Assembly (NCBI GenBank): GCA_034723315.1
Contig: JAYEOV010000055.1
Span: 507-64,506, forward strand
DNA from: Candidatus Omnitrophota bacterium
GTDB lineage: Bacteria; Omnitrophota; Gorgyraeia; Tantalellales; Tantalellaceae
Reading direction: 5' to 3'
Length of the DNA: 64,000 bases
In this document: positions 41,853-55,649 of the stretch, piece by piece
Layout of the letters: each line of letters begins with the position of its first letter
Position numbering within the stretch: the first letter of the stretch is position 1
Translations under genes and position numbers: made by a program
Notes under the pieces: generated by a model
Databases searched by the model: none
Told to the model about the DNA's origin: nothing
The model's input: the letters and a program-made list of their open reading frames with translations, nothing else

Positions 41853-44800
41853 CTATTCATCTTCCTCTTCGGTTTCTTTCTCTTTAGCCACCGCTTCTTC
41901 CTCTTCTGCCGCGGGCTTCAGTATCTCGCGGTCCAGCTTTATGTTAAGGTGCGACTCAAAACCTGTCCCCGCGGGTATAAGATGTCCCATGATAATGTTT
42001 TCCTTAAGCCCCGTCAGGTTATCCACCCTGCCGGCAGTAGCGGCCTCTGTAAGAACCCGGGTGGTTTCTTGAAAGCTCGCGGCGGAAATGAAGCTCTCGG
42101 TTGTCAGAGACGACTTGGTTATGCCCTGAAGCAGAGGTTCGGCAGCAGCGGTCTTCTTTTTCTTCTTCATTACCTTCTCGTTCTCTTTCTTGAAGGCGGT
42201 CTTTTCCACCTTGTCACCGACAAGGAATCGCGTATCCCCGTTGTCGGTTATTTTAACGTTCCTCAGCATCTGTTTTATGATGACCTCTATGTGCTTATCG
42301 TTTATCTGGACCCCCTGTAAACGGTATACTTCCTGGACCTCATTAAGAAGATATTCCTGCAGCGCTTTTTCCCCCGAAACACGCAGGATATCCTGAGGGA
42401 CCACGGGCCCGTCCACCAGCTGCTCGCCTGCCTTGACCTTGTCCCCGCGATACACGTTCAGGTGTTTCCCGTGAGGTATCAGGTATTCCTTTCTCATTCC
42501 TGTTTCACTTTCGATTATTATTCTTTTCTGTCCCTTCTTAGACTCTCCGAACTCGACCATCCCGTCAATCTCGCTTATTATCGAGGGGTCTTGAGGCTTT
42601 CTGGCCTCAAAAAGCTCCGCGACGCGCGGCAGACCTCCCGTTATGTCTTTCGTCTTCGTCATCACGCGGTGTGTCTTTGCAAGTACGTCACCGGCCTTGA
42701 CATCCTGCTTGTCCTCAACGGCAATGTGAGCTCCTACGGGCAGAGGATAAATGGCTTCGACCTCGTTCTTTTCATTAATAAGGAGAAGCTGCGGGTGGTA
42801 GTCCCCTTTTTGGTCGATTATGACCTTGCTCTTGGCTCCCGAAGCCTCATCCCTCTCGATCTTCATGGTCACGTCTTTCTTGATATCCTCGTACTGCACC
42901 TTGCCGGGTATCTCGGTCAATATCGGGACTGAATACGGATCCCATTCAGCGAACTTTTGCCCTTTCTTTATAGAAGATCCATCCTTGAAAAAGAGGGAGG
43001 ACCCCTGTGGGATGGTCTGTCTCTCGATCTCTCTGCCGTCAGTCTCGTTGATACTTATCTGGCCGTTCCTGTTAAGGACCACGAACTTCCCTGGCTCCCT
43101 GCTTTCAACAACCTTGAGGTTGTGATACTTGACGATCCCATCCTCTTTGCTCTTGAAAAAAGACTGCTCGATTATCCTGCTGGCGGTACCACCGATATGG
43201 AAAGTCCTCATCGTAAGCTGTGTGCCCGGTTCGCCTATAGACTGCGCCGCGACAATACCCACTGCCTCCCCGATCTCCACCAGTTTCCCGGTAGCAAGGT
43301 TTTTTCCGTAACATTTCGCGCAGACACCAACATCGGCCTCACAGGTAAGAACGCTTCTTATCCTTATCTTTTCTATACCCGCTTCTTCTATCTTTCTGGC
43401 ATGTTCCTCGGTTATTATCTCGCCGGCTTTCACTATAACGCTGTCTGTGATGATGTCAACTATATTGTCCAGGGCGGCACGTCCCGTGATCCGCTCGGCC
43501 AGCGAGACCACCACCTCATCTCCCTCGATAATGGCAGTGGCGGTAATACCGTTCAGCGTCCCGCAATCGATCTGCTGTATAATCACATCCTGCGCTACGT
43601 CAACCAGCCTCCTTGTGAGGTACCCGGAATCCGCTGTCTTGAGAGCGGTATCGGCAAGACCTTTTCGGGCGCCGTGGGTTGAGATGAAGTACTCCAGCAC
43701 GGTCAGCCCTTCGCGAAAGTTCGCGGTGATGGGGGTCTCTATGATCTCTCCGGACGGCTTGGCCATGAGGCCCCTCATGCCGGCAAGCTGTCTGATCTGC
43801 TGACGCGATCCCCTTGCGCCGGAATCGGCCATCATGAACACCGGATTAAAACTGTCAAGATGGCGAAACACCAGACTGGACACGTCCTCAGTAATATGTG
43901 TCCAGATGTCAATGATCTTGTTATACCTTTCACCGTCGGTTATAAAACCTCTCTGGTACTGGCTCTGTATCTTATTTACCTCTGTCTGCGCTTTTTCTAT
44001 CCTTATGTCCTTCTCTTTGGGGACTTCCAGGTCTGAGACGGCCATTGAAGCGCCCGAAAGGGTGGATTCTTCAAACCCGAGCTTCTTCATCCTGTCCAGC
44101 AGGCGGACCGTCTCCTGGTGCCCTTTCAACCTGTAACAGTCGGAGATGACCTGGCTGACCCTCTTTTTGTTCATCGGTTCGTTATAATAAGGCATGCCTT
44201 CCGGAAGTATGTCGTTGAAGACGACCCTGCCCACTGTAGTTTCTATTAATTCTCCTTTTATCCTTATCTTTATTTTCGCCAGTTTGTCAACTTCTTCGTT
44301 CTGGTAAGCCACGATCACCTCATCCTTATCGGCGAACATCATCCCTTCGCCCTTCGCTCCGGCTCTCTGTTTTGTGAGGTAATACGCGCCCAGGACTATA
44401 TCCTGAGAAGGGGTAGCGATCGGGCGGCCGTTAGCGGGAGAAAAAATATTGTTAGCGGCGTTCATTATAATTCGCGCTTCCATCTGCGCTTCCAGGGACA
44501 GCGGGATATGTACCGCCATCTGGTCGCCGTCGAAATCGGCGTTAAAGGCGGCACAGACCAGGGGGTGTACTCTTATCGCTTTTCCCTCGATAAGTTTGGG
44601 CTGGAAAGCCTGTATCCCCAGGCGATGAAGCGTGGGCGCTCTGTTCAGCATCACGGGATGGTCCCTGATGACATCATCCAGGATATCCCATACCTCAGGG
44701 TTCTCCTGCTGGACCATCTTCTTTGCGCTCTTTATGGTATGAACGAAACCTTTTTCTCTGAGTTTCCTGATAATGAAAGGCTGAAAAAGCTCCAGAGCCA

Positions 44801-45914
44801 TGATCTTCGGAAGCCCGCATTCGTTGATATTGAGTTCCGGACCGATAACTATCACACTGCGGCCTGAATAATCCACTCTCTTACCCAGAAGGTTCTGTCT
44901 GAAACGGCCCTGTTTGCCTTTGAGCATGTCAGCAAGCGATTTCAACGGTCTTCCGCCTGAACCTATGACTTCACGTCCGTGCCTGCCGTTGTCAAAAAGC
45001 GCATCGACGGCTTCCTGCAGCATCCTTTTCTCGTTACGGACTATGACCTCGGGTGCTTTAAGTTCCAAGAGCTTCTTAAGACGGTTATTCCGATTAATAA
45101 CCCTCCTGTAAAGATCGTTCAGGTCACTCGTCGCGAAACGTCCTCCCTCAAGAGGAACAAGGGGCCTGAGATCAGGAGGTATGACGGGTATGATATCGAG
45201 CACCATCCATTCGGGCTTATTATCGCTTTTCCGTAATGATTCGACGACCTTCAGCCTTTTCATCAGCCTTTTCTTGGTGTTAAGATCCTTTTTCTCCGCG
45301 ATCTTCGCCATCAGATCGACCGCCACGGCATCCATGTCCATCTGCTTTAAAATCTCTCTTATGGCCTCGGCGCCCATCATCGCTGTGAACTTGTCGCCGT
45401 ATTTATCTTTTGCTTCAAGATACTGCTCCTCGGTAAGCATTTCCAGGACTTTAAGCGGCGTCTCGCCCGTATCCACGACTACATACTGCTCGTAATAAAG
45501 GATCCTTTCCAGGTCCCGCATCTTCATGTCAAGTATATTTGCCAGCCTGGAAGGGATGGCCTTAAAGAACCACACATGCGAAACCGGCGCCGCGAGCTTT
45601 ATACAACCCATCCTTTCCCTGCGAACGCTCGATTTAGTGACTTCCACGCCGCAGCGATCGCAGATTATCCCCTTGTGCTTGATCCTCTTATATTTGCCGC
45701 AGTTACACTCGAAGTCTTTTGTGGGGCCAAAAATTCGCTCACAGAATAGTCCGTCCCGTTCGGGTTTCAGCGTCCTATAATTGATGGTTTCCGGTTTCTT
45801 GACCTCGTAAAGAACGTTCCTGTTCCCCGCCTTGCGAGTAGCCCATTCCTTGATCTTTTCGGGGGACGCTATCTGTATACGAACTTTGTCAAATTTGCTC
45901 ACTTTGCGCAGCAT
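41853..45914 (-). CDS. rpoC: DNA-directed RNA polymerase beta' subunit
   Basis: 1353 aa. 'NADFDGD' active site. Zinc-binding CxxC...CxxC N-terminus. Confidence 0.97.
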   Translation of the reverse strand: MLRKVSKFDKVRIQIASPEKIKEWATRKAGNRNVLYEVKKPETINYRTLKPERDGLFCERIFGPTKDFECNCGKYKRIKHKGIICDRCGVEVTKSSVRRERMGCIKLAAPVSHVWFFKAIPSRLANILDMKMRDLERILYYEQYVVVDTGETPLKVLEMLTEEQYLEAKDKYGDKFTAMMGAEAIREILKQMDMDAVAVDLMAKIAEKKDLNTKKRLMKRLKVVESLRKSDNKPEWMVLDIIPVIPPDLRPLVPLEGGRFATSDLNDLYRRVINRNNRLKKLLELKAPEVIVRNEKRMLQEAVDALFDNGRHGREVIGSGGRPLKSLADMLKGKQGRFRQNLLGKRVDYSGRSVIVIGPELNINECGLPKIMALELFQPFIIRKLREKGFVHTIKSAKKMVQQENPEVWDILDDVIRDHPVMLNRAPTLHRLGIQAFQPKLIEGKAIRVHPLVCAAFNADFDGDQMAVHIPLSLEAQMEARIIMNAANNIFSPANGRPIATPSQDIVLGAYYLTKQRAGAKGEGMMFADKDEVIVAYQNEEVDKLAKIKIRIKGELIETTVGRVVFNDILPEGMPYYNEPMNKKRVSQVISDCYRLKGHQETVRLLDRMKKLGFEESTLSGASMAVSDLEVPKEKDIRIEKAQTEVNKIQSQYQRGFITDGERYNKIIDIWTHITEDVSSLVFRHLDSFNPVFMMADSGARGSRQQIRQLAGMRGLMAKPSGEIIETPITANFREGLTVLEYFISTHGARKGLADTALKTADSGYLTRRLVDVAQDVIIQQIDCGTLNGITATAIIEGDEVVVSLAERITGRAALDNIVDIITDSVIVKAGEIITEEHARKIEEAGIEKIRIRSVLTCEADVGVCAKCYGKNLATGKLVEIGEAVGIVAAQSIGEPGTQLTMRTFHIGGTASRIIEQSFFKSKEDGIVKYHNLKVVESREPGKFVVLNRNGQISINETDGREIERQTIPQGSSLFFKDGSSIKKGQKFAEWDPYSVPILTEIPGKVQYEDIKKDVTMKIERDEASGAKSKVIIDQKGDYHPQLLLINEKNEVEAIYPLPVGAHIAVEDKQDVKAGDVLAKTHRVMTKTKDITGGLPRVAELFEARKPQDPSIISEIDGMVEFGESKKGQKRIIIESETGMRKEYLIPHGKHLNVYRGDKVKAGEQLVDGPVVPQDILRVSGEKALQEYLLNEVQEVYRLQGVQINDKHIEVIIKQMLRNVKITDNGDTRFLVGDKVEKTAFKKENEKVMKKKKKTAAAEPLLQGITKSSLTTESFISAASFQETTRVLTEAATAGRVDNLTGLKENIIMGHLIPAGTGFESHLNIKLDREILKPAAEEEEAVAKEKETEEEDE

Positions 45915-45918
45915 GATA

Positions 45919-48900
45919 TTACACCTCTATGTATTCTTTTTGTTCAAGATGGACATCAAGCCCCAGACTCTGCAGCTCCTTTATCAACACGTTGAAAGAT
46001 TCGGGAGTGCTGGGTTCGAGCATGTTCTCACCCTTTACGATAGTCTCATAGATCTTGGTACGGCCAACCACATCGTCGCTCTTTACCGTGAGAAGCTCCT
46101 GCAAGGTGTATGCGGCGCCATATGCTTCCAACGCCCATACTTCCATTTCCCCGAACCTCTGACCCCCGAACTGCGCTTTACCTCCAAGCGGCTGCTGCGT
46201 AACCAAAGAATAGGGGCCTATCGATCTCGCGTGCATCTTGTCGTCGGCCAGATGCGCAAGTTTCATCATGTAAATATAACCGACCGTTACCGGCTGATCG
46301 AAGGGCTTCCCCGTAAAACCGTCCCGGAGGACTATCTTCCCCGACACGGGCAATTTAGCCTCCTTCATCGCCGCTTCAATGTCGCCTTCTGTGGCGCCGT
46401 CAAAGACAGGAGTAGCGACCTTCCAACCCAGCATCTTTGAAGCCCATCCGAGCTGGGTCTCCAGCAACTGCCCGATGTTCATCCTGCTCGGCACGCCCAG
46501 AGGATTAAGAACGATATCCAGCGGCGTCCCGTCCGGAAAGTACGGCATGTCCTCTTCCGGCAGTATTTTCGCGACCACGCCTTTATTCCCGTGCCTGCCG
46601 GCCATCTTGTCCCCCGCCTGAAGTCTCTTCTTGCTTGCGACAAAGACGGTTATCCTTCTCAGGACCCCGGGCGGAAGCTCGTCACCGTGCTTGATCCTGT
46701 CAAGGTCCCTCTCCATCTCGATCATCGTCTGCTCGATCTGACCGTTTATTGTCATGACAACGCTGTTGATCCTGGCCTGGAGTTTTTCGTCGCCGTCAAC
46801 ATACACATTATCAAGATCCGCTTTTTCGAATTTGTTGAGGTCCTTGGCGGTTATCTTAGCGCCGATCTTTATGAGCACCTTCCCGGTCTCCAGGTCTTCC
46901 AGGTTGCCGATCAGCTTGCAGCCTATCAGCTTCTGGTGGACCCTTTCCGCCTTTTTCGCCTCAAGCTGGCTGAGGATGTTCTCGTATCCTTCCTTTACGA
47001 TCTTTCTTTCCTTTGAATCGCGGCGACGCTGTTCTTTTGTAAGCGTCTTGCTCATCTTGCGGGAAAGCTCCTTGACGTCCACCACTATCCCTTCCACCCC
47101 TGAAGGAACGCGCAGCGAGACGTCCTTGACGTCGCCCGCTTTTTCACCAAAGATGGCGCGCAGGAGTTTCTCCTCCGGAGACAGTTCCGTCTCGGATTTC
47201 GGGGCGACCTTGCCGACCAGTATGCCGCCGGGACCGACCTCCGCCCCGATACGTATAATGCCGTTCTCGCCAAGGTTTTTCAGCGCGTCATCCCCGACGT
47301 TGGGTATGTCAGCTGTTACTTCCTCGTTACCAAGCCTCGTATCTCTCGCCTCAAGCTCAAAACGGTTAATGTGCACAGACGTATACGCATCTTCCTTCAG
47401 CAATTTCTCGCTGATAAGTATCGCGTCCTCGAAGTTGTAACCCCTCCATGACATGAATCCTACGAGTACGTTCCTGCCCAGGGCCATTTCCCCCATATCC
47501 GTGCCTATACCATCGGCCAGCAGGGAGCCTTCCATGACCGTATCTCCTACTCTCACGACCGGCCTCTGGTTTATGCACGTTCTCGCATTGGTCCTTTCGA
47601 ACTTCTTAAGCGTGTATTTCTCGCCGCCGGAGATTATCTCCGCGCCGTCCACTTTCGTGACCTTGCCCTCCTTCCTGGCCAGCAGCAACGCCCCTGAATC
47701 CTTCGCCGTGCGGTGTTCCAGACCGGTCCCGACAATCGGGGCCTCGGGAAACATAAGCGGAACAGCCTGCCTCTGCATATTCGACCCCATCAGAGCGCGG
47801 TTCGCGTCATCATGCTCAAGAAAGGGTATAAGACCCGCACAGACGCTTACAAGCTGAAGCGGAGAGACGTCCATGTACTGAACGTTCCTGGCGTCAGCCA
47901 GGATGAAGTCGTCTTTGAATCGACAGAAGACCTTATCTCTCCTGAAATGCCCTCTCGCGTCCAGTTTTGAATTCGCCTGGGCTATAATATATTTATCCTC
48001 TATATCAGCGGAGAGGTATTCCACCGTATCCAGTACGCGCCCTTTCTCGACCTTTCGGTACGGCGTGACCAGAAAACCGAACCTGTCAACACCCGCGTAC
48101 GTGCTGAGAGAGTTTATCAATCCTATATTGGGTCCTTCCGGGGTCTCGATGGGACACAACCTGCCGTAATGGGAATAGTGAACATCCCTGACCTCGAAAC
48201 CCGCGCGTTCGCGGTTGAGCCCGCCCGGACCGAGAGCGCTTAACCTCCTGAGGTGCGTCAATTCGGCAAGCGGATTTGTCTGATCCATGAACTGGGAAAG
48301 CCTTCCCCTCGCGAAGAAATCATGTATGACACTCGTGATCAGCTTGGTATTGACCAGGTTATGAGGCATCACTTCTTCCATTTCATAAACGCTCATACGC
48401 TCTTTTGCGACGCGCTCGACCCTCGCCAGGCTCATCCTGATCTGGTTTGAAAGCTGCTCTCCCACGCACCTCACGCGCCGGTTCCCCAGATGATCGATAT
48501 CATCTATGGTTCTCGTTCCCGCCTTTATTTCGAGCAAATGCGAAATGGCCCCGACAAGGATCTTGGCATCAAGCAAATGCGACCCGAGGGTCCTGTTCAT
48601 GTCAAGCTTGCGATTTATCATGCGGATACCGACATCGGTAAGGTCGTATCTCTTTTCGTCAAAGAACATCTGATGAAGAAGGTTCCGGGCCGCTTCAAGA
48701 GTGGGAGGATCCCCGGGTCTCAGCTTACGGTATACGTCAAGATAGGCCTCTTCCCGGGTCTTTGTCCCGTCATATTCAAGGGTTCTTACTATCTCTTTGG
48801 GCACATCCCTCAGCAACTTGACCTCCCGTATCTTGCCCGCCCATATCCGGCTGGCGACCGAAGGAGTGATCTTCTCCGTCTGCTGCGCCAATATAGATGA

Positions 48901-49629
48901 AGTCGTTTCGTCAACGATATCCTCCGCGAGCACCCTTCCAATAAGTTCATCGCACTGCTTCTCACGCTTCAAACGGATCCTTTCGACCCCTCCGAACGCT
49001 TTCAGGATATCCTCGTCCCTGGAAAGTCCAAAGATGCGCAGGAAAGTAGTAGCCAGGAATTTCCTCTTTCGGTCTATGTATACATAAAGCAGGTCGGTCT
49101 TGTCGAACAGAAATTCGATCCAGGCACCCCTGTCGGGAATAAGCCGTGCTGTATATATGACCTTCCCGGCCACGGAAGAGCTTTCCTCGAATGAGATCCC
49201 CGGAGACCTGTGGAGCTGGCTAACCACCACTCTTTCATCACCGTTTATGATGAAAGTGCCCGTCTCCGTCATTAGGGGGATCTCCCCGACATAGACCTCC
49301 TGCTCTTTCATCTCGGTCTTCAGCTTCAGTCGCAATTTTATCCTCAAGGGCGCCGCATACGTCAAAGACCGGCGCTTGCACTCCTCGGCGTCATATTTGG
49401 GTTGCTTGATATCGTAGTAAAGATATTCTAGCCTGTACTCGCCGCTCTGACTGACTATGGGAAAGACTTCACGAAAGAGCGCTTCCAGCCCGTTATTCTC
49501 CCTTTTGGTCTTGGGGGTCCCCCTCTGCAGAAAGTCAGTATATGAATCCACCTGTATCATGATCAGGTTAGGGATATTGTAGACATCCTTCAGCCTAGCA
49601 TAACTTTTCCTTTTGACTTTAAGTGCCAT
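45919..49629 (-). CDS. rpoB: DNA-directed RNA polymerase beta subunit
   Basis: 1236 aa. Confidence 0.97.
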   Translation of the reverse strand: MALKVKRKSYARLKDVYNIPNLIMIQVDSYTDFLQRGTPKTKRENNGLEALFREVFPIVSQSGEYRLEYLYYDIKQPKYDAEECKRRSLTYAAPLRIKLRLKLKTEMKEQEVYVGEIPLMTETGTFIINGDERVVVSQLHRSPGISFEESSSVAGKVIYTARLIPDRGAWIEFLFDKTDLLYVYIDRKRKFLATTFLRIFGLSRDEDILKAFGGVERIRLKREKQCDELIGRVLAEDIVDETTSSILAQQTEKITPSVASRIWAGKIREVKLLRDVPKEIVRTLEYDGTKTREEAYLDVYRKLRPGDPPTLEAARNLLHQMFFDEKRYDLTDVGIRMINRKLDMNRTLGSHLLDAKILVGAISHLLEIKAGTRTIDDIDHLGNRRVRCVGEQLSNQIRMSLARVERVAKERMSVYEMEEVMPHNLVNTKLITSVIHDFFARGRLSQFMDQTNPLAELTHLRRLSALGPGGLNRERAGFEVRDVHYSHYGRLCPIETPEGPNIGLINSLSTYAGVDRFGFLVTPYRKVEKGRVLDTVEYLSADIEDKYIIAQANSKLDARGHFRRDKVFCRFKDDFILADARNVQYMDVSPLQLVSVCAGLIPFLEHDDANRALMGSNMQRQAVPLMFPEAPIVGTGLEHRTAKDSGALLLARKEGKVTKVDGAEIISGGEKYTLKKFERTNARTCINQRPVVRVGDTVMEGSLLADGIGTDMGEMALGRNVLVGFMSWRGYNFEDAILISEKLLKEDAYTSVHINRFELEARDTRLGNEEVTADIPNVGDDALKNLGENGIIRIGAEVGPGGILVGKVAPKSETELSPEEKLLRAIFGEKAGDVKDVSLRVPSGVEGIVVDVKELSRKMSKTLTKEQRRRDSKERKIVKEGYENILSQLEAKKAERVHQKLIGCKLIGNLEDLETGKVLIKIGAKITAKDLNKFEKADLDNVYVDGDEKLQARINSVVMTINGQIEQTMIEMERDLDRIKHGDELPPGVLRRITVFVASKKRLQAGDKMAGRHGNKGVVAKILPEEDMPYFPDGTPLDIVLNPLGVPSRMNIGQLLETQLGWASKMLGWKVATPVFDGATEGDIEAAMKEAKLPVSGKIVLRDGFTGKPFDQPVTVGYIYMMKLAHLADDKMHARSIGPYSLVTQQPLGGKAQFGGQRFGEMEVWALEAYGAAYTLQELLTVKSDDVVGRTKIYETIVKGENMLEPSTPESFNVLIKELQSLGLDVHLEQKEYIEV

Positions 49630-49754
49630 CGGCTATCACTTCTCCTGTAATGGGTTTCGGGGTCCGAGTTTTGGGTTTTAGTTCATTTGGAACTCTTACT
49701 CCTGGCAACCTAAAACCTAACAACCAACACCTGTCTTCGGTTTCCACAGAGACC

Positions 49755-50315
49755 TTACTTCAATTCGACCTTCGCGCCGGCTTCTTCCAGCTGCTTCTTC
49801 ATCTTCTCGGCTTCTTCTTTCGGAATGCCTTCTTTGACCGGTTTGGGTGCGGATTCCACAAGATCTTTTGCCTCCTTAAGCCCAAGACTTGTCAACGCCC
49901 TGATCTCCTTAATGACATTGATCTTCTTTGCGCCGATATCGGCGAGAACAACGTCAAAAACGCTTTTCTCTTCCTCGGCACCGCCGGCTCCGGGCGCTCC
50001 TGCTCCCACCGTGGCTACCGCCGCGACAGGCGCTGCGGCGCTAACACCGAACCTGTCCTCAAGGGCCTTTACCAGGTCGGAAAGTTCAAGAACGCTCATC
50101 TCCTCTAAAGTCTTGATCATTCCTTCCATCTTTTCCGAAAGCTGCGGCTTGGACTCCTCCTCGGATCTCTCTTCCTCGGCAGGGACGGCCTTCTCCTCTA
50201 CTGGAGTTTCGGCTTTTTTCTCAGCGGCAGGGGCCTCAGCCTTCTCTTCGGCCGGAGCTTCCGCCTGGGTCTTGTCCGCTTTTACCTCTTCCTGTTTCTT
50301 CTGTTCCTCAACCAT
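49755..50315 (-). CDS. rplL: 50S ribosomal protein L7/L12 with ~60-aa A/E/K/P-rich N-terminal extension
   Basis: 186 aa. Perfect RBS 'AAGGAGG' 6 nt upstream of the ATG at 50315. Canonical L12 begins at about residue 63 ([21 protein letters not shown]). Confidence 0.9.
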   Translation of the reverse strand: MVEEQKKQEEVKADKTQAEAPAEEKAEAPAAEKKAETPVEEKAVPAEEERSEEESKPQLSEKMEGMIKTLEEMSVLELSDLVKALEDRFGVSAAAPVAAVATVGAGAPGAGGAEEEKSVFDVVLADIGAKKINVIKEIRALTSLGLKEAKDLVESAPKPVKEGIPKEEAEKMKKQLEEAGAKVELK

Positions 50316-50360
50316 TTTCGATCCTCCTTAGTTATCCTCTGATCTATTCGTCTTCTTGTT

Positions 50361-50903
50361 TTATTGTGCCGCCTCTTTTTTCTCCTTAACCGCGTTCAAG
50401 GCGTACACTATACTTCTTAAAATCGATGACAACCCCCCCACGAAATTAGCGATCGGAGCGTTCATCATTCCGACCACAATGGCAATGAGCTGTTCCCTGC
50501 CGGGCAGTTCCGAGAGCTCCTTGATCCTATCTTCCTGCAGGACACGGCCTTCAAGGTAACCTTTTGAGACCTTGAACCCTTTGTTCTTCTTCGAGAACTC
50601 CATCATCATTTTCGCCACCTGGACGGGATCCTCTTCGATTATCCCGATTCCCAGCGACTTCTTCTCGCTGAAAGTGTCGTTAAGTTCCTCGATGCCCGCC
50701 TGCTTCAATGCTATCCTGGCCAGCCGGTTCTTCATGACCAGATATCTGGATCCAGACTGTCTCATGTTCTTCCGGAACACGTCCATCTCGCTTGCCTTTA
50801 TGTTCTCAACACTAGCGATAAAAAAACCCTTTCCCCCGGAGACGACATCTTTCATCTCCTTGATCATCATCTCTCTTACTTTATTCCCGTATTTCTCAGC
50901 CAT
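50361..50903 (-). CDS. rplJ: 50S ribosomal protein L10
   Basis: 180 aa. Confidence 0.95.
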   Translation of the reverse strand: MAEKYGNKVREMMIKEMKDVVSGGKGFFIASVENIKASEMDVFRKNMRQSGSRYLVMKNRLARIALKQAGIEELNDTFSEKKSLGIGIIEEDPVQVAKMMMEFSKKNKGFKVSKGYLEGRVLQEDRIKELSELPGREQLIAIVVGMMNAPIANFVGGLSSILRSIVYALNAVKEKKEAAQ

Positions 50904-50904
50904 T

Positions 50905-51033
50905 GTGTTTCCTCGCGTTTTATCGCTATGCTTGTTATCGGTTAGAGGTTATCTGTTATCGGTAATCTGGCCACCATTAACCGAACACTGTTAACAGATC
51001 ACCGATAACTCGTTACAGATCACCGAGAATCCT
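50905..51033. repeat. Word-repeat palindrome ('gttatcggt / accgataac', 'ctgttaacag') in the rplA-rplJ spacer, possible L10 leader structure
   Basis: Read directly. Confidence 0.6.
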
Positions 51034-51726
51034 CTACCCTATCCTGAACTGGTTCTTGTCGAGTTTAAAACCTGGTCCCATGGTAGAGCTCACGGCGATG
51101 GATTTAATGTTCTGTATTTTCTGAAGCTTCGGATTGCTGCCCATAACAGCTTGAATGAACGCCACAACGTTCTCAACAAGCGCATTTTCTTCGAAAGACA
51201 ATTTTCCCACGGGCCCCTTTATGCCGGACTGCTTGTCCATCCTGTATTCGATCTTGCCGGCCTGAAGCTCCTTTACCGCCGTGGCAATCTCGGTTGTCAC
51301 GGTTCCCGATTTTGGATTGGGCATAAGCCCCCGGGGGCCGAGTATCTTACCCAGCCGGGCGATCTCCCTCATCATCTCAGGCGTCGCAACGGCTACGTCA
51401 AAATCGCACCATCCACCGGATACTTTCTTGATCATTTCGTCGCTCCCCACAAAATCCGCGCCCGCTTCCCTGGCCTGCCTCTCGAAATCGCCCTTGCAAA
51501 AGACCACGATCCGGACCTTTTTACCCGTCCCGTGGGGCAGGCTCACCGTCCCCCGTATCGGGTTGGATGACTGTTCAAGGCTTAATTTCATCGAAACTTC
51601 TACGGTCTGGTCAAATTTTGTCTTCGGACCGTTCTTAAGGATAGCAATTGCTTCCTGCAAATCGTAATTTTTTTTCTTATCGACCAGCTCTTCTATCGCT
51701 TTCTGTCTTTTGGTCATTTTTTTCAT
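51034..51726 (-). CDS. rplA: 50S ribosomal protein L1
   Basis: 230 aa. Confidence 0.95.
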   Translation of the reverse strand: MKKMTKRQKAIEELVDKKKNYDLQEAIAILKNGPKTKFDQTVEVSMKLSLEQSSNPIRGTVSLPHGTGKKVRIVVFCKGDFERQAREAGADFVGSDEMIKKVSGGWCDFDVAVATPEMMREIARLGKILGPRGLMPNPKSGTVTTEIATAVKELQAGKIEYRMDKQSGIKGPVGKLSFEENALVENVVAFIQAVMGSNPKLQKIQNIKSIAVSSTMGPGFKLDKNQFRIG

Positions 51727-51780
51727 GTTTTTCCCAGAAAATTTTCGCCAAATTTGTGCTCGAAAACAGGGCTCCGTCCC

Positions 51781-52209
51781 CTATCCTTCCTCAACCTCGA
51801 TCCCCATGCTCCTGGCTGAGCCCATTATTATCTTCTCCGCCCCAGCCATGTCTACCGAGTTAAGGTCCTCCATCTTTTCCTTCGCTATTTCTCTCACCTG
51901 CTCCATCGTTACCTTACCGACCTTCTCTGCTTTAGGGTTCCCGCTTGCTTTCGCGATGCCCGCCGCTTTTTTAAGCAGAACACTCGCGGGTGGGCTCTTT
52001 ATGATAAATGAAAATGTCCTGTCTTCGTACAAACTGATGACCACGGGCAGAATCAGCCCCTGTCTGTCCTTTGTCTTGTCGTTGAACTGCTTGCAGAAAT
52101 CCATTATCGGGATACCGTGCTGGCCGAGCGCCGGCCCGACAGGAGGCGCGGGATTGGCCTGCCCACCCGGACAATGAAGTTTAATCTGCGCCTTGACCTT
52201 TTTCGCCAT
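51781..52209 (-). CDS. rplK: 50S ribosomal protein L11
   Basis: 142 aa. Confidence 0.95.
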   Translation of the reverse strand: MAKKVKAQIKLHCPGGQANPAPPVGPALGQHGIPIMDFCKQFNDKTKDRQGLILPVVISLYEDRTFSFIIKSPPASVLLKKAAGIAKASGNPKAEKVGKVTMEQVREIAKEKMEDLNSVDMAGAEKIIMGSARSMGIEVEEG

Positions 52210-52224
52210 AATAATTCCCTAACG

Positions 52225-52300
52225 TTTTATCACCAAGTCTGTGATCTGTTATCTGTGATCTGTAATCGGGCACCTTCCACTCATCACAGATCACACATCA
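52225..52300. repeat. Word-repeat palindrome ('gtgatctgt / acagatcac') in the rplK leader
   Basis: Read directly. Confidence 0.6.
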
Positions 52301-52322
52301 CTACTTTTTATTCATCCGAAGG

Positions 52323-52856
52323 CTAAATTTTCTCTATCTGCCAGGTCTCGAGTTCCACGGGAGTGGGCCTGCCAAAGATCGATATCATCACCTTGATCTT
52401 GCCCTTTTCGAGGTTCGTTTCCTCTATGGTGCCGTTGAAGTTCTTGAATGGACCGTCCTTGACCCTGACAGCTTCCCCTTGGTCGAACATGACCTTCGGG
52501 ACAGGTTTCTCTTTCGCTTCCTTTGTCTGCTTCAGTATCTCCTCTATTTCTTCCTCCGCAAGAGGCACAGGTCTTGTCCTGGTCCCGACAAACCCGGTCA
52601 CTCCCGGCGTGTCCTTGACAAGGTACCAGCTCTTGTCGTTGATCTCCATCTCGATAAGTAAATACCCCGGGAAAAATTTTCTTTCCGAGATCTTTTTCTC
52701 CCCTTGTCTTACCTCCGCCACCTTCTCCGTAGGGATCAGTATGCTGCCAATATACTTCTTTTTTCCCGGATCGTTCTCAAGCCGATTCTCAAGCGCCTTT
52801 TTTACAGTCGATTCTTTCCCGGTCAAAGTATGGAGTACATACCATTTCTTAGCCAT
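52323..52856 (-). CDS. nusG: Transcription termination/antitermination factor NusG
   Basis: 177 aa, NGN + KOW. Confidence 0.95.
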   Translation of the reverse strand: MAKKWYVLHTLTGKESTVKKALENRLENDPGKKKYIGSILIPTEKVAEVRQGEKKISERKFFPGYLLIEMEINDKSWYLVKDTPGVTGFVGTRTRPVPLAEEEIEEILKQTKEAKEKPVPKVMFDQGEAVRVKDGPFKNFNGTIEETNLEKGKIKVMISIFGRPTPVELETWQIEKI

Positions 52857-53047
52857 CAGAAAACCCCTCTTATCAAAAAGTTAATGATCCGCGAAAGCAC
52901 CAGGTCGCACATGCCTATGAACGCTGCCAGTATCATGGTCGAAACCAGGACAACCAGGGTAGAACTTAAGAGTTCTTGTTTGCTCGGCCAGGAGACCTTT
53001 TTCATCTCCGTCCTTACCTGGCCGATAAATTTGCCGAATTTTATCAT
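52856..53047 (-). CDS. secE: Preprotein translocase subunit SecE
   Basis: 63 aa, single TM. Confidence 0.9.
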   Translation of the reverse strand: MIKFGKFIGQVRTEMKKVSWPSKQELLSSTLVVLVSTMILAAFIGMCDLVLSRIINFLIRGVF

Positions 53048-53105
53048 GACGTGCCTGCGCGTTTTTTAAATTTGCTACTATTTATCTGAACTTTTAATAT
53101 TTTCC

Positions 53106-53181
53106 TGGCAGGAGAGACAGGCCTTGAACCTGCAACCCCCGGTTTTGGAGACCGGTGCTCTGCCAATTGAGCTACTCTCCT
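53106..53181 (-). tRNA. tRNA-Trp (anticodon CCA), CCA 3' end encoded
   Basis: Minus-strand sequence AGGAGAGTAGCTCAATTGGCAGAGCACCGGTCTCCAAAACCGGGGGTTGCAGGTTCAAGGCCTGTCTCTCCTGCCA folds as a cloverleaf. Confidence 0.85.
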
Positions 53182-53218
53182 ATTTTTAATGGACTCCGTT
53201 AGAAAAACATTTTCTAGC

Positions 53219-53272
53219 GGGGTTAATTCCGGCCTCACAACTTATATTCGATCATCTCCATAAGTTGCGACC
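53219..53272. repeat. Single compact copy of the 'gaggtcacaacttatgg / ccataagttg' hairpin element immediately 3' of rpmG
   Basis: 'cctcacaacttatattcgatcatctccataagttgcgacctcatttt'. Confidence 0.6.
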
Positions 53273-53440
53273 TCATTTTACTTCCTTGTGCAGTGTATGT
53301 TTGCGTTCAAACCTGCAGTATTTCTTGCGTTCCATGCGGTCGGGATTATTCACCCTGTTCTTCCTCGTTGTATAATTTTGTCTCTTGCAGCTCTCGCACC
53401 GCAGAGTGATCGTTTCCGTCGCCGCCTTCTTCTTCGCCAT
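53273..53440 (-). CDS. rpmG: 50S ribosomal protein L33 (zinc ribbon), 55 aa
   Basis: Hand-translated: [55 protein letters not shown]. Confidence 0.85.
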   Translation of the reverse strand: MAKKKAATETITLRCESCKRQNYTTRKNRVNNPDRMERKKYCRFERKHTLHKEVK

Positions 53441-53467
53441 GTCTTTCCTTAAGTTTTATCGCTCCGG

Positions 53468-53505
53468 GTATCTCGTATCTCGATCCACGAGTCACGATCC
53501 ACGAC

Positions 53506-53512
<7 letters not shown>
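53468..53512. repeat. 'cgtga' family hairpin between rpmG and tuf copy 2
   Basis: 'gtatctcgtatctcgatccacgagtcacgatccacgacc'. Confidence 0.55.
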
Positions 53513-54702
<1,190 letters not shown>

Positions 54703-54798
54703 TTTTACCTCCTTAAAAAAAGCCTTGGGATTTGAAGTGAAATTCCCTAAAACTCTTATATCGATCTTCCCAGCACAACGGCGGGAAAAATCCATCAG

Positions 54799-54874
54799 TG
54801 GAGCCCACGGGCGGAATCGAACCGCCGACCCCATCCTTACCATGGATGTGCTCTACCAGCTGAGCTACATGGGC
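54799..54874 (-). tRNA. tRNA-Thr (anticodon GGT), CCA encoded
   Basis: GCCCATGTAGCTCAGCTGGTAGAGCACATCCATGGTAAGGATGGGGTCGGCGGTTCGATTCCGCCCGTGGGCTCCA. Confidence 0.85.
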
Positions 54875-55649
54875 CAACACTTGACAACTCCCCACAGCTA
54901 AAGCAAGGGGCTTCTCCATCTTAATACCGTTACCGACTTTCGTGTTTGGAGTTCCTGCTTCGCTGTGGAAGCCAGGGCTCCCACTCCACAGGCTATCACC
55001 GAATGCCCTCCGGCTTGCTGCATCATACAACTACTAAGTGCCGATATTTCATATCAAACGCCTTATTTCCCCATTGCTGAAACAAGAGACTTTACGGCGT
55101 TTTCTGGTAAATACGAAAAAATGAATAATATACATTGAATATGAAACTAAACTCCACCATTAGCTTGACTTATGCCAGCTTCTGGTAAGAGTTAATCAGT
55201 TAATTATGCGTATATTCCGTACTTTACATAGAGATGTCGGAATATTGATTTTATCAAAAAAGCTTTTTATGTCAAGCAGTATTTGGAAAAATTTTAGGGA
55301 CGTCCTCCTCGGCACCATCCTGTCTATTTAAAATCGCAAAAAATCAAAAAAAATCAACATATTTGAAGTAGGAATCCAAAACCACTAAAACCACTTAAAA
55401 AGCTCACAATATTATATTTGTAGGGTGGTACCGAATAGGGCGTCCCCAAAAGAGTGTAGCGAACGATGGGATCTTACTTCGTCCCTCTTCCGATCCCAAA
55501 CTCGCTGTTGATATTTGAGCGAGAAAATGAGGAAAATATCTTTTTTACTCAATTTCGAGCGAAAATATCAAAAAAAGCAAACACGAATATGTTTGCTTTT
55601 TAACAAAATTTTTTCTATCCTATTGCTTGGATTGCTTAGAGAAAAAATT

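Noticed and set aside
54713-55030. 105-aa minus-strand ORF upstream of tufB
   Set aside because: It overlaps tRNA-Thr and is spurious.
54920-55030. RNase P RNA or SRP RNA-like motifs ('ggaagccagggctcc', 'cagcgaagcagg')
   Set aside because: Only a partial resemblance to the P4/CR-I or helix-8 consensus. The surrounding sequence is AT-rich and lacks the other conserved regions. It is left as an unexplained structured segment.
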